This document shows positions 28,871 to 43,540 of a stretch of DNA of 64,000 bases, in pieces. The stretch is taken from NCBI RefSeq assembly GCF_009914755.1, contig NC_060927.1; one strand, given 5' to 3'. The translations under genes were made by a program, and so were the position numbers. The notes beneath the pieces were generated by a model. It made no database searches. It was not told the DNA's origin and was given only the letters and a program-made list of their open reading frames with translations. The DNA is from the human T2T-CHM13v2.0 reference genome, Homo sapiens. How positions within the stretch are numbered: the first letter of the stretch is position 1; every line of letters begins with the position of its first letter.

Positions 28871-30116
28871 TCATTTAGCAGGCAGGAAGAAAAATACCAG
28901 AAGAGGAGGAGTATATGGAGGGTTTTTTTGTTTGTTTTTGTATGACACCTTGGTGAGATTTTTCTCTGTCTCTCTGGGAGGAAATGGAAAAAATCCTTGG
29001 AGAAATAATTTCTTTAAATGGTTGTGGACGCCCCCCTCCCTTATGCATGTATATATTTGCCAAAAAGAGCATAATTTTACAGGACGCAAATGCCAAAAGT
29101 GGAAAGAAGACTTGTGTAGAAGAAAAAACAGCACTGAATAACTTTTTATAAATGCAAGAAACAAGAAGAATAAAGCAGACCACTACAACGGTAAAAGAAA
29201 CTATTATTGTTATTTTAATGAAAAGAACCAATTGGCAAGTCTAATGACATTTTTGAATGCAGGAACCACTTTTTCCAGTGATTTGCTTCCCTGTGCGAGG
29301 TCTCCGTTCACCCTTGCACCACTTCAGCAAAATGCTGAACACATAGTAGATGCCCCATTGTGTTTTAATTAGATGCCACATACTCAGGCAGGATTCGCCA
29401 GTCGTGGTCCTTGAATGTAGAGATTTCAGAGGTGGGAGGAGGGGAAGGAAGAAGGTAGTTTTGTTTACGTTTGCAGCAGAGGCGACTGAGAAGAGGGAAA
29501 CACTTTTATTTCCCTTGTGGACTGGCCGTTCACTTTGCTGTAGCAGCTGCTAATGGAAAATAATAAAACCCATTTTCATCAGGCAGTATCTGGAACACTT
29601 ACAGGTCAATTGAGTGCTCAAAACAGATTGTTACAGAACACATTATTAGTTCGTCATCAGCATCCACTCTGGTCAGGGGATTTTTACCATTGGAAATTGA
29701 ATTTATAGGTCATGGTTTGTTATGATTCCTGAAAATCATCAAATTTTTGTAATCTAGTGGAAGCATATAGCCAATTATTATAAATGAACATACATCTTTT
29801 CATTTGTTAAAATCACAAAGGTAGCAAATTAAGCTGTGGAAGAATTCTACAGCAGCTGCAAAAATATGACTTCACTAATTCTAAACCTATGTTATGCTTA
29901 TTAATTGTTCCAAACTGAAAAATTTGGTCCCAGTTTCATAATAAATCCCATCCTATAATACAATGCCAGGAGGTAATGCCAACACTATTTTTGTAAAGCA
30001 CCGAAACCCAAGCATGAGATGAAATTCAAGGGTGTTTTTCTGTTTGCTATCATTCTCGTATATGAATGTGCTGTTTTAAAATGATCCTTTCCAAATGCAG
30101 AGTTAAATGAAGTTAG

Positions 30117-30412
<296 letters not shown>

Positions 30413-30619
30413 TAGCTGGACTTTTAAAACACAATACCCATGGTGGGGATTGAATGGTCTGGTGGAAAGAACCCTGCCCTGGGCGTAGGGTGCTAATTTT
30501 GTCATTTGCTAACTGTGGGACCTCGGGCAAGCTATAGCACTGCCTGGGCCTCAGTTTCCTCCTCTGCAACATGAGGAATTTGGATTAGATGTTTTCTTAG
30601 AACACTTTCCTGTATGTTT

Positions 30620-31210
30620 ACAAAATATTCGTTCTTGTTTCTTTCGAATTACATAAATATATGTTTATGGTGGAGAACTCCCAAAATAAAAATAAGCAAA
30701 AAAGAGAAAGTGAAACTCATGTATAATGCTACAACCCAGAGATACACACTATTAACATTATGATGTCTGTTCTTCCAGTTCACTCGTGTGTATACCTATG
30801 TACATTTAAGTATACACATACCATTCTATATATACGTCATTTTGCAACCTAATTCTTTTCACTTAAAATTGGACCATTGGACCATTCTATATATACGTCA
30901 TTTTGCAACCTAATTTTTTTCACTTAAAAATAGTGCAAGTATTATTCTCTAATGTGATTTTTTTTTTCAAATAGAATCCCATTGTATGAATAGGTCATTA
31001 ATTTCTCTAATTCCCTATGAATGGATTACTTGGTATTTTTCAGTCTCTTGCAATTTTTCACAATGTTTGAATAAAAACTAATATGGCTAAATCTCTAAAC
31101 ATTTCCAAATTCTTGTCTTAGGGCAAATTGCCAGAAACAGAATTGCTGGGTTACAAGGTATGCGTGCTTCTTAAAGATTTAATGTCTATTGCTAAATTCA
31201 CATAAAATTT
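30620..31210 (-). mobile_element. L1ME-type relic
   Basis: Degenerate antisense L1 3' region (ccagaaacagaattgctgggttacaaggtatg). Confidence 0.6.
30820..30929. repeat. 49-bp direct duplication with 12-bp spacer
   Basis: 30820-30868 vs 30881-30929, one mismatch; spacer ttggaccattgg. Confidence 0.95.
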
Positions 31211-31754
31211 AAATTATGTGTTACGCTTTTTTGTCTCTGGAGATAATTAATTACATTCAGAGTCAGGAATCCTGAGTGTGATACTCCCTTATAATAAGAT
31301 ATGGCTGGGTGCATTTATACACATACACTTTTATCCGTGAACTGTTTTGATATTGTGCTGTTTTGTGATAACTCAGAAGAATTGCAGTACACATTTATGT
31401 GGCTATCTTTCTGCTTTCCTCCCAGGGAATGTTGTTAGAGAAAGAAAACAAAATCGCTACATGTTTCTGAGTTTGCAGAGAATTTTAAACCGATTCTCTA
31501 AGACTCTTTCTAGCTTTTATAATTTAAGTTGGTGTTTGTTTTATCTCAACACACTTATTGAGTTTCTACTACATGATTAGTAATGAGGCCTGTGGCATGA
31601 AGAAGCATGATGTTTGGGAAGAAGAGTTATGCAGCAATGGTAAGCGTACATTGTCAGAGGCAAGCTGTATAGCGTCGGCAATCATGCTCCAAGGATGTCT
31701 GGCTGACCTATAGAATAAGGAGATGGGGAATTCAATGAGGTCTGGGAAGATACT

Positions 31755-32210
31755 GTGTTAGCTGGAACTCTTTGATTAGCACCTAGAGAAAACCACCTCA
31801 AATTAACTTAGCAAATAGGGTTACATTTATTGACTCATATAATCAGGCCCTAGAGAGGCCGGGGTTGGAGCAGGGCATGACTGAAGCAGGAGCTTTCTTC
31901 CTTTTTTTTTTTTGTCTTCTGTTTTCTTCATTCTCTCGGAATTTTCTAAGCTGGTGGCTGGAATTAAGGCTCTTAGCTGCTTATGCTTACATCTTTAAAG
32001 CCTTAAGTCCAGAGGGAAAAAAGTCATTCTCTCAGCTCCAGTTTGAAAAAGCCTAAGACATCACTCTGGTTGGCCTGTCTGGGGTGATGGACCCACCACA
32101 TGGAACAGGTATTGGGCCAAGGAGGAAAACCATGATAGGCCAGCTTGTGGCAATCCCAGGACGGGGGTATTTCCTTAAGAAGAGGGAAAAGGGTGCTGGA
32201 CAGAAAAAAA
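31755..32210 (-). mobile_element. MLT1 (J/K/L-like) MaLR LTR relic
   Basis: ctcaaattaacttagcaaatagggttacatttattgactcatataa start and MLT1-like internal motifs. Confidence 0.55.
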
Positions 32211-32508
32211 ACATGAATGCTTAAGATGGGCAAGATTTCTATAGGCAAAAAAGGAATTTAGCAGAGGGTGTACCAGTAGCAGGTGATTAAAATTATGCAT
32301 TGAATACATAAATGAATGAAAGGGCATGAGTAGCAGTGGAAAAGAAAGTATCCTCCTTGATTACTAGGAGTCTACATTAATTATTTCTTTTCATCTCCAT
32401 GAAACCTCTCTGATACGTAGGTTCCCATTTTTCAGATAAGCAAAGTGGAGAGGATGAATTAACGTCCGTCATTACTCTGCTAATGGGATGCGTGCTTATA
32501 AAGTCACT

Positions 32509-32932
32509 ATTAGCTAGGCATGGTGGTATGCACCTACAGTCCCAGCTACTTGGGAGGATGAGGTGGGAGAATTTCTTAAACCCAGGAGGTCAAGGCTGCA
32601 GTGAAAACAAACCCAATTTTCCTCCTCACCAAATACACAATAAATTGTTGGCACATTTTGTTGGCTATGTCAGGGCAAATGGCCAGAGAGATCATTGCCA
32701 GGTGCCGTAGCAGGTGTCTGGCCCCTTATTACCCATGGTATTCCAGGGCAGCACGCTTCCATCTAGCAGGGTTGGGAATCCATCTCTGTGGGGAGAACTA
32801 GATTCTGGGAGCAGCAGCCCATCTTCTAGCAAGATCAGGGGCTGGGATTTTATTTTATTTCTTCTTACTTTTTTGAGACAGGGAGGGCCTCACTCTGTTG
32901 CCCAGGCTAGAGTGCAGTGGTACAATCATAAC
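32509..32932. repeat. 424-bp templated copy of 36980-37403 (inverted 96 bp + direct 328 bp)
   Basis: 32509-32604 = reverse complement of 37308-37403 (2 mismatches); 32605-32932 = 36980-37307 (4 mismatches); agtcac flanks both sides. Confidence 0.95.
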
Positions 32933-33599
32933 AGTCACAGATAGTGTTTTGGTTAAAAATCAAAACAGAACAAAGTAAACTACAACAAAACCACATTCAT
33001 CTATAGCCAAAAAAGAGTTTGAGAATAATTGAATTTTTCTTTGGGTTTCCAGAATGCCTCAAAGAGGAATCCTCAACTTTTTGTGATCTCCCCCACTTTT
33101 CTTGCCCTGTACTGGCTTGAGCTCCAAGCATCTCATCAGCCCCAGCCCTAGCTCGTGGGCCTCTATTTTCATCTCCCGGCCCCATCATGACTCTGCATTC
33201 CAAAGCCCGAAGTCACTGGTCTCAAAGAGATAGACTTTCCTTGGATTTAAGGGGAAAGAAGACTAGGAAGAAGCTGTTTCAATGAGTGAGTTGGGGGAGG
33301 CTGTGCAAATTCCTGCATTATTAATTTCGTTACAACCTACTTGACCTACTTTTGAGTGGCGCTATGATTCTGACTCAGATCTCGCTCTCAGATCTGTGTG
33401 TTTTGCCCCTCACCATTCTACCTGGGGAGAGCAGTGAAATAACTTGGAAAAAGACTGAGGTTTTCTCTTATTATCCCAGGTTCTGACTTCTTGATTTCTA
33501 CTATCCTAAAACTTATATGTAACACCTATCACATAATTAATCACCGAATGATGTGTAATAATAGCCCGATTCTCTCATTATTTCCCGTGTTTGACTTAG

Positions 33600-33945
33600 G
33601 TCAACACAGCACATCACTATTCCCTCCCTCTCAGGTACCCTTTTCCTGCTTTGTCCTCTGGTGAATGCCTGCTCATCCCTCAGAGCCCAGCTGATGTGTT
33701 TTCTTCTCTGCTATGCCTTCTCTAGGGCTTTGCAGGATTCTGTGAACATATTTTTAGTGTCAGCTTATCACAGTGTGTTGTAATTGTTGTTTACCCATTT
33801 GCCAACCCCAGGAAAGTTTGAGTTTCTCTAGGGCAGGGGCCATGCCTTGTCCATCTATTCTCCCTCCAGTGCCCAGCATGGCTTCTGTCACTTAGTAGGT
33901 GCTCAATAAACATTTTTTTAATGAGTAAAAAACATGAATGACTTG
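33600..33945 (+). mobile_element. L2 3' end
   Basis: cagtgcccagcatggc...agtaggtgctcaataaacatt terminal motif. Confidence 0.75.
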
Positions 33946-35894
33946 GTTTTTCCTGTGTGTAGCAGAGGGCTATGCACTGAACAGGATGCTGAGTAGTATG
34001 AACTGATTGATTGATTGATGTGAGAGTAGGAGGGAGACACCGTAAGTCCTGGAAAAGGGAATGGCATTATGAAATTCATGTTTCAGGAGAATGGATGTGG
34101 CAGTAAGATCTGTTACTTGAGACTTTCAGACCTTGGAATAATTGCCTGTGTTTTGACATTCTTCTGTAACGTTGGGGAAATAAATGGAACTAATGGGAAA
34201 AAAACTCTTCTAGGACATTCTCAGATGTAGCTAATATTGACTCAGCAAAACAAGACTTCGGAAAGGATCCTGGCACATTTCCTTGCTCCCCAAGGTTCTG
34301 GGAGTAATTTCCTTGTGCGTGGTCTCCCTTCTGCTTTCTACGTTTACCCACAGTTGTTAGTGCTCTCCACAACTCAAGTAAGATTTAGAATAGGATCTGA
34401 TCTTCCTTATATTTACCACTCTACCAATTTTTCTTCATAGGAAATTGGATCTTGTACGATTGGCTCACATTTGATGTATAAGATTTTCAACCACCCCGTA
34501 AGGACTTAACTTGTTATTCAAGAATGAAATATTCTCTGGTCTACAGGACTCATATTTGGAATCTCCAAACCCGGATTGCTACTGCCTGGATCAGCCCAGC
34601 ACAAGTCCTGCCAACCTCTGTCTTGGCATGCGCTTGAGTTCTGTGTGTTCTCACATGAAAGCAGAGTTTATAGATGTTCAAACAGAGAGAGCTGAGAGTC
34701 AGTGATGCTAAATGGTTACTTAAGGTCACACAGCTCTAGGAGAAAGCCCCAGATCTTAAAAACACATTTCAGGAGAATCTGGAAAGAGGAAGACCATTTA
34801 GAAAATGGTGAGGTTGGAATTATTTAGGACCATTTATAACTAAGGAGGGAGTGTGCTCCACATGTGCTGAATGACACTAAGCCACTGACATAATTTGAGA
34901 AATTTCTGGGACTTAAAAATTTTTGTTTCATGACATACAGAAAGGTAACAGAATCAACTTTCTGTTGGGCAGGAATTTAAGATGTAGTTGGTTCCATGTA
35001 AGTGGCTGTAATTTCCACAGTTTTGAGTTAGGCCCTTCTGGTGTTTTGTAGCTGGGTATCGCTACCTGCAACTGCACAGCCTTCTGTAGATTAAAACATT
35101 AATATGAACCAATCATGATCTTGAGTTCCAATTTTAAATTTCATTTGTCTGAGTACTAATTTATAAAGATGAAAAAAATTCAATGTGGGTAATCCAGCTT
35201 TTCATTATGTATTAGTTGCATGCTGGGAAAGAAAGATACAGCAAAGACCCTGCCCTCAAGGAACTCACAGTTAGAGGAAGGGCGAGAAACCTCATCAGTC
35301 ATGGTGGTGACAGAAACATGGAAGTAGTCCACCCTAGAAACCTGGGAAGTGATACCTTATGTGTTGAAGGATGTGTTAAGAATGACTTGAATTAAAGAAA
35401 GATGCAAAGAATACAGCATGGACAAGAACACTGAGTTGTAAACAGATGTTATTTCAATATGAGTCATCAACCAAATTAACATCGGCGGAGATATTTTCTC
35501 TATCTCAGAGTAGAAGTTTTAGTGCATTTCTAATTACATATTTTACATGTTTGTGAAGACCAGTTTTTCCCATTTTTAGATCTCTGGTTGACTTTGCTGT
35601 TGCTCTTCCTGGTTCCCTTCCTTAACGTCTGCTATTCATATTTAGATGTGCACTATCATTTGGATTTCAACAAGGAAAAAGATAAAGATTACATCGATTA
35701 AATTATCATCCTGAAAAAGACGCTTAAGGAGGCAGTTTGGTTCACAGATTCATGTAAATCCAATGCATGGAAATGATGTACAACAATCTCTCATGTGAAA
35801 AGTCAATTGGAAAGTGATAAAGTTCAGGCTTTGCCCCTGGTATTTAGTTATTTGAATTTTGTGGCAAAACTCCCCCAAACTCATATTCTAGTAA

Positions 35895-36326
<432 letters not shown>

Positions 36327-37222
36327 ACTCACTGCTGTTTTTACTTTGAGCTAGTAACTTAACTTCTTTGAGCTTCAATTTCTCCATTCACAGAATGGAA
36401 GAGAAATATCCAAGTGCTATTTTGGGATAAAATAAAAAACATTTAGTAATGCTAAGTACAGGACCTGGAACATAGTAGGTGCTGAATAAATAACTGTTAT
36501 TATTATTATTTTGCTACCTTCATTCCCTCCACAATATCATATTGCCTGGGGATTCAATATGTGACATTCAGAGTCCAACTTCATAGTCTGAGGTGCAAAT
36601 TAACTGCCAGAGTGATTGAGAGCGTAAAAGATCAGCTCCTCTATTTGTCAGTAGGAGTACAAAGTCTAGAAGTCCAATTGGCCTTCTGCAACTCCTTCCC
36701 TGTTATACACTCAGAGAGCTCCTGAGTTTCTTGGGGAGAGTCTAGTCCAGCTCTGCTCTGTTGTGATGTGCTGTGCTGGTGGTTGTGAATGACAGTGAAT
36801 GCTAGCATGAATAAATTGAGTGTGAAGTGGAGATGGTGAATGCGGTTCCCAGCTCTTAAGGTGGCAGTAGCTGTTTGGGTGGTATTGCCCCTACACCAGC
36901 TTTCACACTTTTGTTGGCTACCAGTTCCTTAGTGTACCTGGCACTTCTCTCACCAAAGAAGAGAGGGGAACAACCAACCAAACAAACCCAATTTTACTCC
37001 TCACCAAATACACAATAAATTGTTGGCACATTTTGTTGGCTATGTCAGGGCAAATGGCCAGAGAGATCATTGCCAGGTGCCGTAGCAGGTGTCTGGCCCC
37101 TTATTACCCATAGTATTCCAGGGCAGCACGCTTCCATCTAGCAGGGTTGGGAATCCATCTCTGCGGGGAGAACTAGATTCTGGGAGCAGCAGCCCATCTT
37201 CTAGCAAGATCAGGGGCTGGGA

Positions 37223-37545
<323 letters not shown>

Positions 37546-38749
37546 CTAAGGGCTGGGATTTGATAGCAAAATGATCTGGCAGGATCTTGCCTCCATGCCT
37601 ATCCTGTCAGCCAAGTGTTTGTGATTGCAGAAGCATTAGTGCCTTTCTTGGCAGCATTAGGGGGCTGGGGTCCAACCTTGAGGTTGTGGTTGGTGTGATA
37701 CAGTGAGCTTATGGCATGATTCACCACCACAGTGTTCATGGCTGGGGAAGCATTTGTCCCTTCCCTGGTGTAATTGGTGTGGGTGAGGCTGGGGGCCAAG
37801 TCTTGCAACTAACTGGAATTGAATGCCTTGCATACTTAGCAGTGGCTGGTTTCCATGGATATTTGCAGGAGACCCATTCCTTTTTGGAAGACAGACTATA
37901 GAGAGTGACCAGAGACAAGGTAATCCTTATCAGTGAAATACTGATCGACTATTGATGTTACAGTTTAATATGAAAACTAGAATTGCTTTCTTCTACTTTG
38001 TTAGCCATTAATATAAATTTATTTATTTTTTCCACTTTAAACAACAAAGTAATTGAGGGCTGCAGGAGTTTGGCATCTGATCCTGTTTCTTGGGCTTGTA
38101 GTAGGACCTTGTTATCTGCAGTGGTAATGAGTCTGACCTTAATCCATAACACCCTTGATAAAGATGTAGAGAAGCAAGTCCCTGTGGACTTCCATGTAGT
38201 TGTTTGTTCATTCATTCATAAAACTTATGCTTACTCATGATCTGCTGATTACATGGAGCAGACTAATGGAAAAACACTACTTGGGGGATTAATAGCTTGC
38301 TCAGAAAGGAAGATGAGCCTGTGGTATAACCAATGTAATAAATGCTGCAGCAGGAGTAATTGCGAAGTTCTCTTGAACTATAGAGGTGGGAGTAATTAAC
38401 TTGGCCCTGAATAACTGGGGAGAATTTCACAGTGGGTATGCTATTCAAGTCAGGTCTTGAAATGGGAACAAGAGCTTCCCTGGTGGAGTAGAGGTGGAAG
38501 GACTTTCCAAGTAGGGAGCATCACTTGTGCAAAGGCCTGGGGGTGGGAGGACCATGACTTATTCACGAAGTGGCAAAAAACCAGTAGGGCTGGAATCTAG
38601 GTTTGAGGCTGGTGGTGGTGGGGGTGTGTGTGAGAAGAAAAATAAGGGCCCGTCTGTGACTAGGAATGTGGGAAAATCTGTAGAGTGGAGAGAATATTTA
38701 GGGGTGGGGGAGGGGTGTCCCACTATAGGCGGGAATTCAGAAGTCTGCT

Positions 38750-39060
38750 TTTCTAAGACAGGATTTCCCCAAATATGTCCCATGGAGCACTAGCCCCTGA
38801 GATATTCTTGGACTGAGAGACTTGCAGACAAACAAGTATGGGAAACGCTGCACTATATATATCTCTCTATATATTCACATATATGCAACAATATTATAGA
38901 AGCTCTGACAAGTCATGTAGGAAAAAAATCTGTTTAACTCTGTTTGACCTCATATTTTACCAACTCATTTGACCATGATTTGATTTTGTGTTATGAGGTA
39001 CTTGCTAATATCCCAGAGAATTAGCATCCTTCGTTTCACGTATGGGAACGTTATTCTAGG
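38750..39060. mobile_element. hAT-Charlie MER-type relic
   Basis: caggatttccccaaatatgtcccatggagcactag start and tatgggaa(a)cg termini. Confidence 0.45.
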
Positions 39061-39834
39061 GATATGTAAACTCAGAAAGTAGATCTGGAAGGGGGAGAAG
39101 ACAAGTTGGCCCCATATTTTGTTAGCTAAGGTCCCAAGAGGCCACTGTCTATGAAAGCTCTGGGCTGTTGATTAATGAGGACACCGAAGGCAGATACCCG
39201 GAAGAAGTAGAGACAGGTCTTTAGCACTTGGGAGCAATATTGAGGACCCAGCCACAGAGGGGGTGGTTTTTGGGGGTGTGCACCCAGCCCTAGAGCGCTA
39301 GACAGTGGCATACTGATACATTAAGGTCAGAGTAGACTCTTAAGAGAAGCCTGAAATGAAAAACAATTTTTTAAAGAAGACTGGGTTGGGAACAGTTTAC
39401 ATGAGACCTCATGCGTTCTTGCAAAGTCTCTAGCCCTGTGGGGTGGGGGTAGGGTGTGGATGGATGCTAAAGGGGATTTCATTTCCAGAAGCTCAGAGAA
39501 TGAGATCATCAAGCACATCCAGTCTCATTCTCTCTCCTCAACTCACTCCCTTCTGTTGCCCTCAGGACATATTCCTGTCCTTAATGTGGCTTATAAAGTC
39601 CTTCTTTTTCCATTCCCTGCTGCTAGCTCCAGTGTCTTGTTTGAAATTCTCACCCGCCCCATGCTCCAGAACCCCTTGCTGTCCACCAACAATGCCGCCC
39701 TCTGTCTTGTGCTGTTAGAAGCTACCTCCTTTCAAATGCTTATGATGCATTAGGTTCTGTGCTAAACACTTGACATAAATTACTTACGTATAGTGTTTAC
39801 AGTAATCCTATAACGTAGAGGTGCCACTTAGCAA

Positions 39835-40280
39835 TGTATTTGGGATAAATTATAGAAATATCCCACTCACAGTGGCTTAAACAAATATGGGTAATTTCTC
39901 CCAGATATGAAGAAGCCAGAGGGAGGCAGCTGTCGAATTCATTCTCGGTGATGCCCCTACAGGCCCCAGACTGTAGCTTTCACTCCATCTTCCTTCACTG
40001 TTTGATGATTGTCTTCGTGTTTTGACCTCATGGTTGCAAAGTGGGTGCTGTACCTCTAGGCATTGTGCTGACATTTCACTTTACCTAGAGTGTGTGAACA
40101 AAGCCTTCCCAGAACCCCTCAACTGTTTCTGTTTTTGTCTCATTGGCAAGAGCTATGGCCCATAAATTTCCCAGCGGAAGAGAAGCTGGGAAATTGGGGA
40201 TTTAGCTTCCTACTCTTTATAGTTGAGGGAGGCAAGGATGAAATGGATTGGAAATGGGTATTAGGGTAGCCAACCCTCAG
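39835..40280 (-). mobile_element. MLT1J-like MaLR LTR
   Basis: acagtggcttaaacaaa, ctcatggttgcaaag, aagctgggaaattgg motifs. Confidence 0.65.
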
Positions 40281-40570
40281 GGCCTGCTTGATAGGCATTG
40301 TTATTCCCATATTAGAAGACAAAGCTGCTCAGGAGGCTAAATTAACTGGCTTGGAGTCTCATGGCTGCCAAGTGTCAGAGGCAGATTCCAAGCTGACTCC
40401 TGGCTCCACAGCCTATGGTGGTTTCACTGTTTCACATAGGCCCCTTCTCAAATTCTCAAAGTTCACCTCAACCTCTGTTTACTGAGCATCTACTACATCT
40501 AAAGCTCCCTATTGGTGTCACATATGGATACACAGATGAGGAAAACATTGTTCCTGCCCTCAGGAAGTGA

Positions 40571-40924
<354 letters not shown>

Positions 40925-41389
40925 TAGATTTTAATGGTTAACATCACTGGGGCACAGACAGTAAGTTGTGGGTATTCTGGGGGGAAAGAGAGGAATTCTG
41001 CCTGGGGGATTCAAGAAGCCTCCCTGGAGAAGGAGAGTTTTATCTGGGTCACCTGTATGTAGATGTTTCTTTCATAAACATTGTGGTGGTTAGTTTCTGT
41101 TTCATTAAACCTAAGGTAAGTTTAACGTATTTTGTTCTGGGTCATCTCAGGCATTGTTTATGGAGGAAGCTAATGCAGAGATATAATCTTTGAAAGTAAA
41201 TCAACTGACCATGTTTCTGTTCTTATTTTAATATCTCCATAAAAACCGTAATCTTGTACTTTAAACCAAAATTTGTCTAGTCTATGAAATTAAAATTCAT
41301 GAAGTAAAACATTCCCGAACAGTAATAAACACAAGGCAATTTAAAATAAGCATAACCCATTATATATTTTCCTAAACAAGTTTAAGTGT

Positions 41390-42270
41390 CAGGTTGCATT
41401 GCATAAAGAAAAGTTTTTATATTCCAATTACACAAAGGAATAAAATGACAAAGGAACCATTTTTAACCCCGACACAAAAGACAATACCATGTATTGTTCT
41501 TTCAGTGGGAGAAAAATTAGTTACAATAGATTTGAGAGAAAGTGAAGTGAGAATGATTTTAATTATAGATCTTAGCCCCCCCAAAAAAAAAAAAAAAAAA
41601 GAAAGCCCTCAAAAGATAAAGGGGCAAAGGGCATGATCAGAATGTTCACAGAAGAGGGAAAAACAAATGGCAAAAGGCATGTAAAAAAATGGAAAGCAAT
41701 AGAGAAATGCAGAGAAAAATGATGCAGACATCATTTTCTCTCTGTTAAATTAGCAAAGAATTTTAAAAGGATAAATCTATGGCAAGAATTTGGTGAGATG
41801 GCAATTTCATAAGATTGTTGTAGGACTGTAAAGTAATATAATCTTACTGGGAAGCAATTTAATGGTATATATCAAGAAACTCAAAACATTGATACGATTT
41901 AATCCAGTAATTCCACACTTAGAAATAATTTGACATGTTAAAAAGATATATACACGAAGATATTTATTTCGGAATTATTTATCATAATATAAACATGAAA
42001 ATTTAAACATTTATTAATAGGGGATTGGTCAAGCACATTATAGTATTAATATATTATAAGACACAATGATCTCATCATTACGAAAAACATTTTGAAAACC
42101 TAATGATATGAGGCAATCCTAACATGATGTTAAATGTATAAATAGTGCAATTGCAACTGTAAAAAAACATTTAATAGGAAAAGTCTGGAAGGAAACATCA
42201 AAATGTAAGTTTTTGTTGGGCTTTGGCATTTGGAAAAGTTTATTTTTTTAAATCGTTTTTTGTACCTTTT
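41390..42270 (+). mobile_element. L1ME-type ORF2 end / 3' UTR relic
   Basis: ttcacagaagagggaaaaacaaatggc, gggaagcaattt...atatcaag, ccagtaattccacacttagaaat. Confidence 0.65.
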
Positions 42271-43176
42271 ACATTTTCTTTATTGAGTACATGTGATGTT
42301 CATGAGAAAAAAGAATGATAATAAGTATGACCCCTGAATCTGCCCGGTGACATTGAATGCCCTTTGTTGCGTCTCTGAGACATCAGCCTTGCAGCTGAGC
42401 CTTGTGGCTGGATGACAATCCTGAGCTTGACGTTTAGAAGCTTTCTCTTGGGGAGGCAATGGCTGCTTCAATTCATCGCAGTCCTCGGCCAGCACAAGAT
42501 CGTTGAAGAAATCCCCACAGGATTGCAGTATTTGAAGGGCAAGGCAAGGCAAGGAAGCTATGACTGAGACATCTCAAGTTTCCCATTGTGGTCAGGTTGC
42601 AGGCTGCCCCCATTCTGGCTTAGCAATGGGGCAGAGCTGTCAGCTGTGTGCTTGGAATACAAACGTGCTGTTCAGGAAGACAACTTTACAGAGCATCAGC
42701 ACCTACATCTGGAGGGCTTTATCATCTCTGTGTGACAGCCATGGCGTCCACCAGCTGACCAACTCTAGGGTAGCTGTGAGCAGGCTGTAAACCCTAGGGA
42801 AGTTTGTGATAGTCCTGGAGATGAGGCAGGATAACAAGCCAACGATAGGCAGGATTGACTGCCCTAGTTTAGTGTCTAATTGTGGTGCTTCTCTAAATTA
42901 CATAAACTCTCTTTTCTTGATAGGACTCGGTTTATTTCATCCATGGAGTCTATCTAGGCAGTTATAATAATAATGATAGTCACTCAGCACATATGCTGGG
43001 CCGTTCACCTACGGTATCTCATTTAATTGAATCTTTGCTAATATCCTTTGAGGTTGGTGTCATTGTCCTCATTTTATAGATGGGAAACTGACTTAAATCT
43101 CACCAAATTATGGGAGAGCAGATCCAGGATTCAAAGTCAAGTCACTCTACTTCCAAAGCCCATAATGTCTGTAACC

Positions 43177-43540
43177 AGAACACGAATGTTTCCCCCAGTT
43201 TAGTCATTTTAGTGTTCACTACCTTCACCAAAGCCATGCACCATCTAAATGCTACATAATATTTAATATTATAATATTATTAATATATTACAATATTATT
43301 ATATATATTATTTAATATAATAATATTACATATTTTTAAGTCAATTTATTTTTTTCCAGTTAAAAAAATTACCCTAATCCTAAACAATAATTGATGTGAA
43401 ATCATGAGTTTAATGTACTCGTTGTGTTTTTTCTAATATGTACAGTAAAAAAAGCTAGAAAAAATGTAAAAGGTTTGATCCCTGTATTTTCTAAAATACT
43501 TGCAATACCAGGCGATATGTACTGCACTTTGGGAAACTAC
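43177..43540. mobile_element. hAT-Charlie MER-type relic containing an AT-rich tract
   Basis: Termini tgtttccccag.../...cactttgggaaacta; internal TA-rich tract 43255-43335. Confidence 0.45.

Noticed and set aside
32468-32500. Possible extra 33-nt filler interrupting the MIR next to the templated insertion
   Set aside because: No donor found in the window, and the MIR is too diverged to prove it is an insertion.
37958-38240. Overlapping 85-aa ORFs on both strands
   Set aside because: No recognisable domain or splice structure; possibly an old LINE relic.
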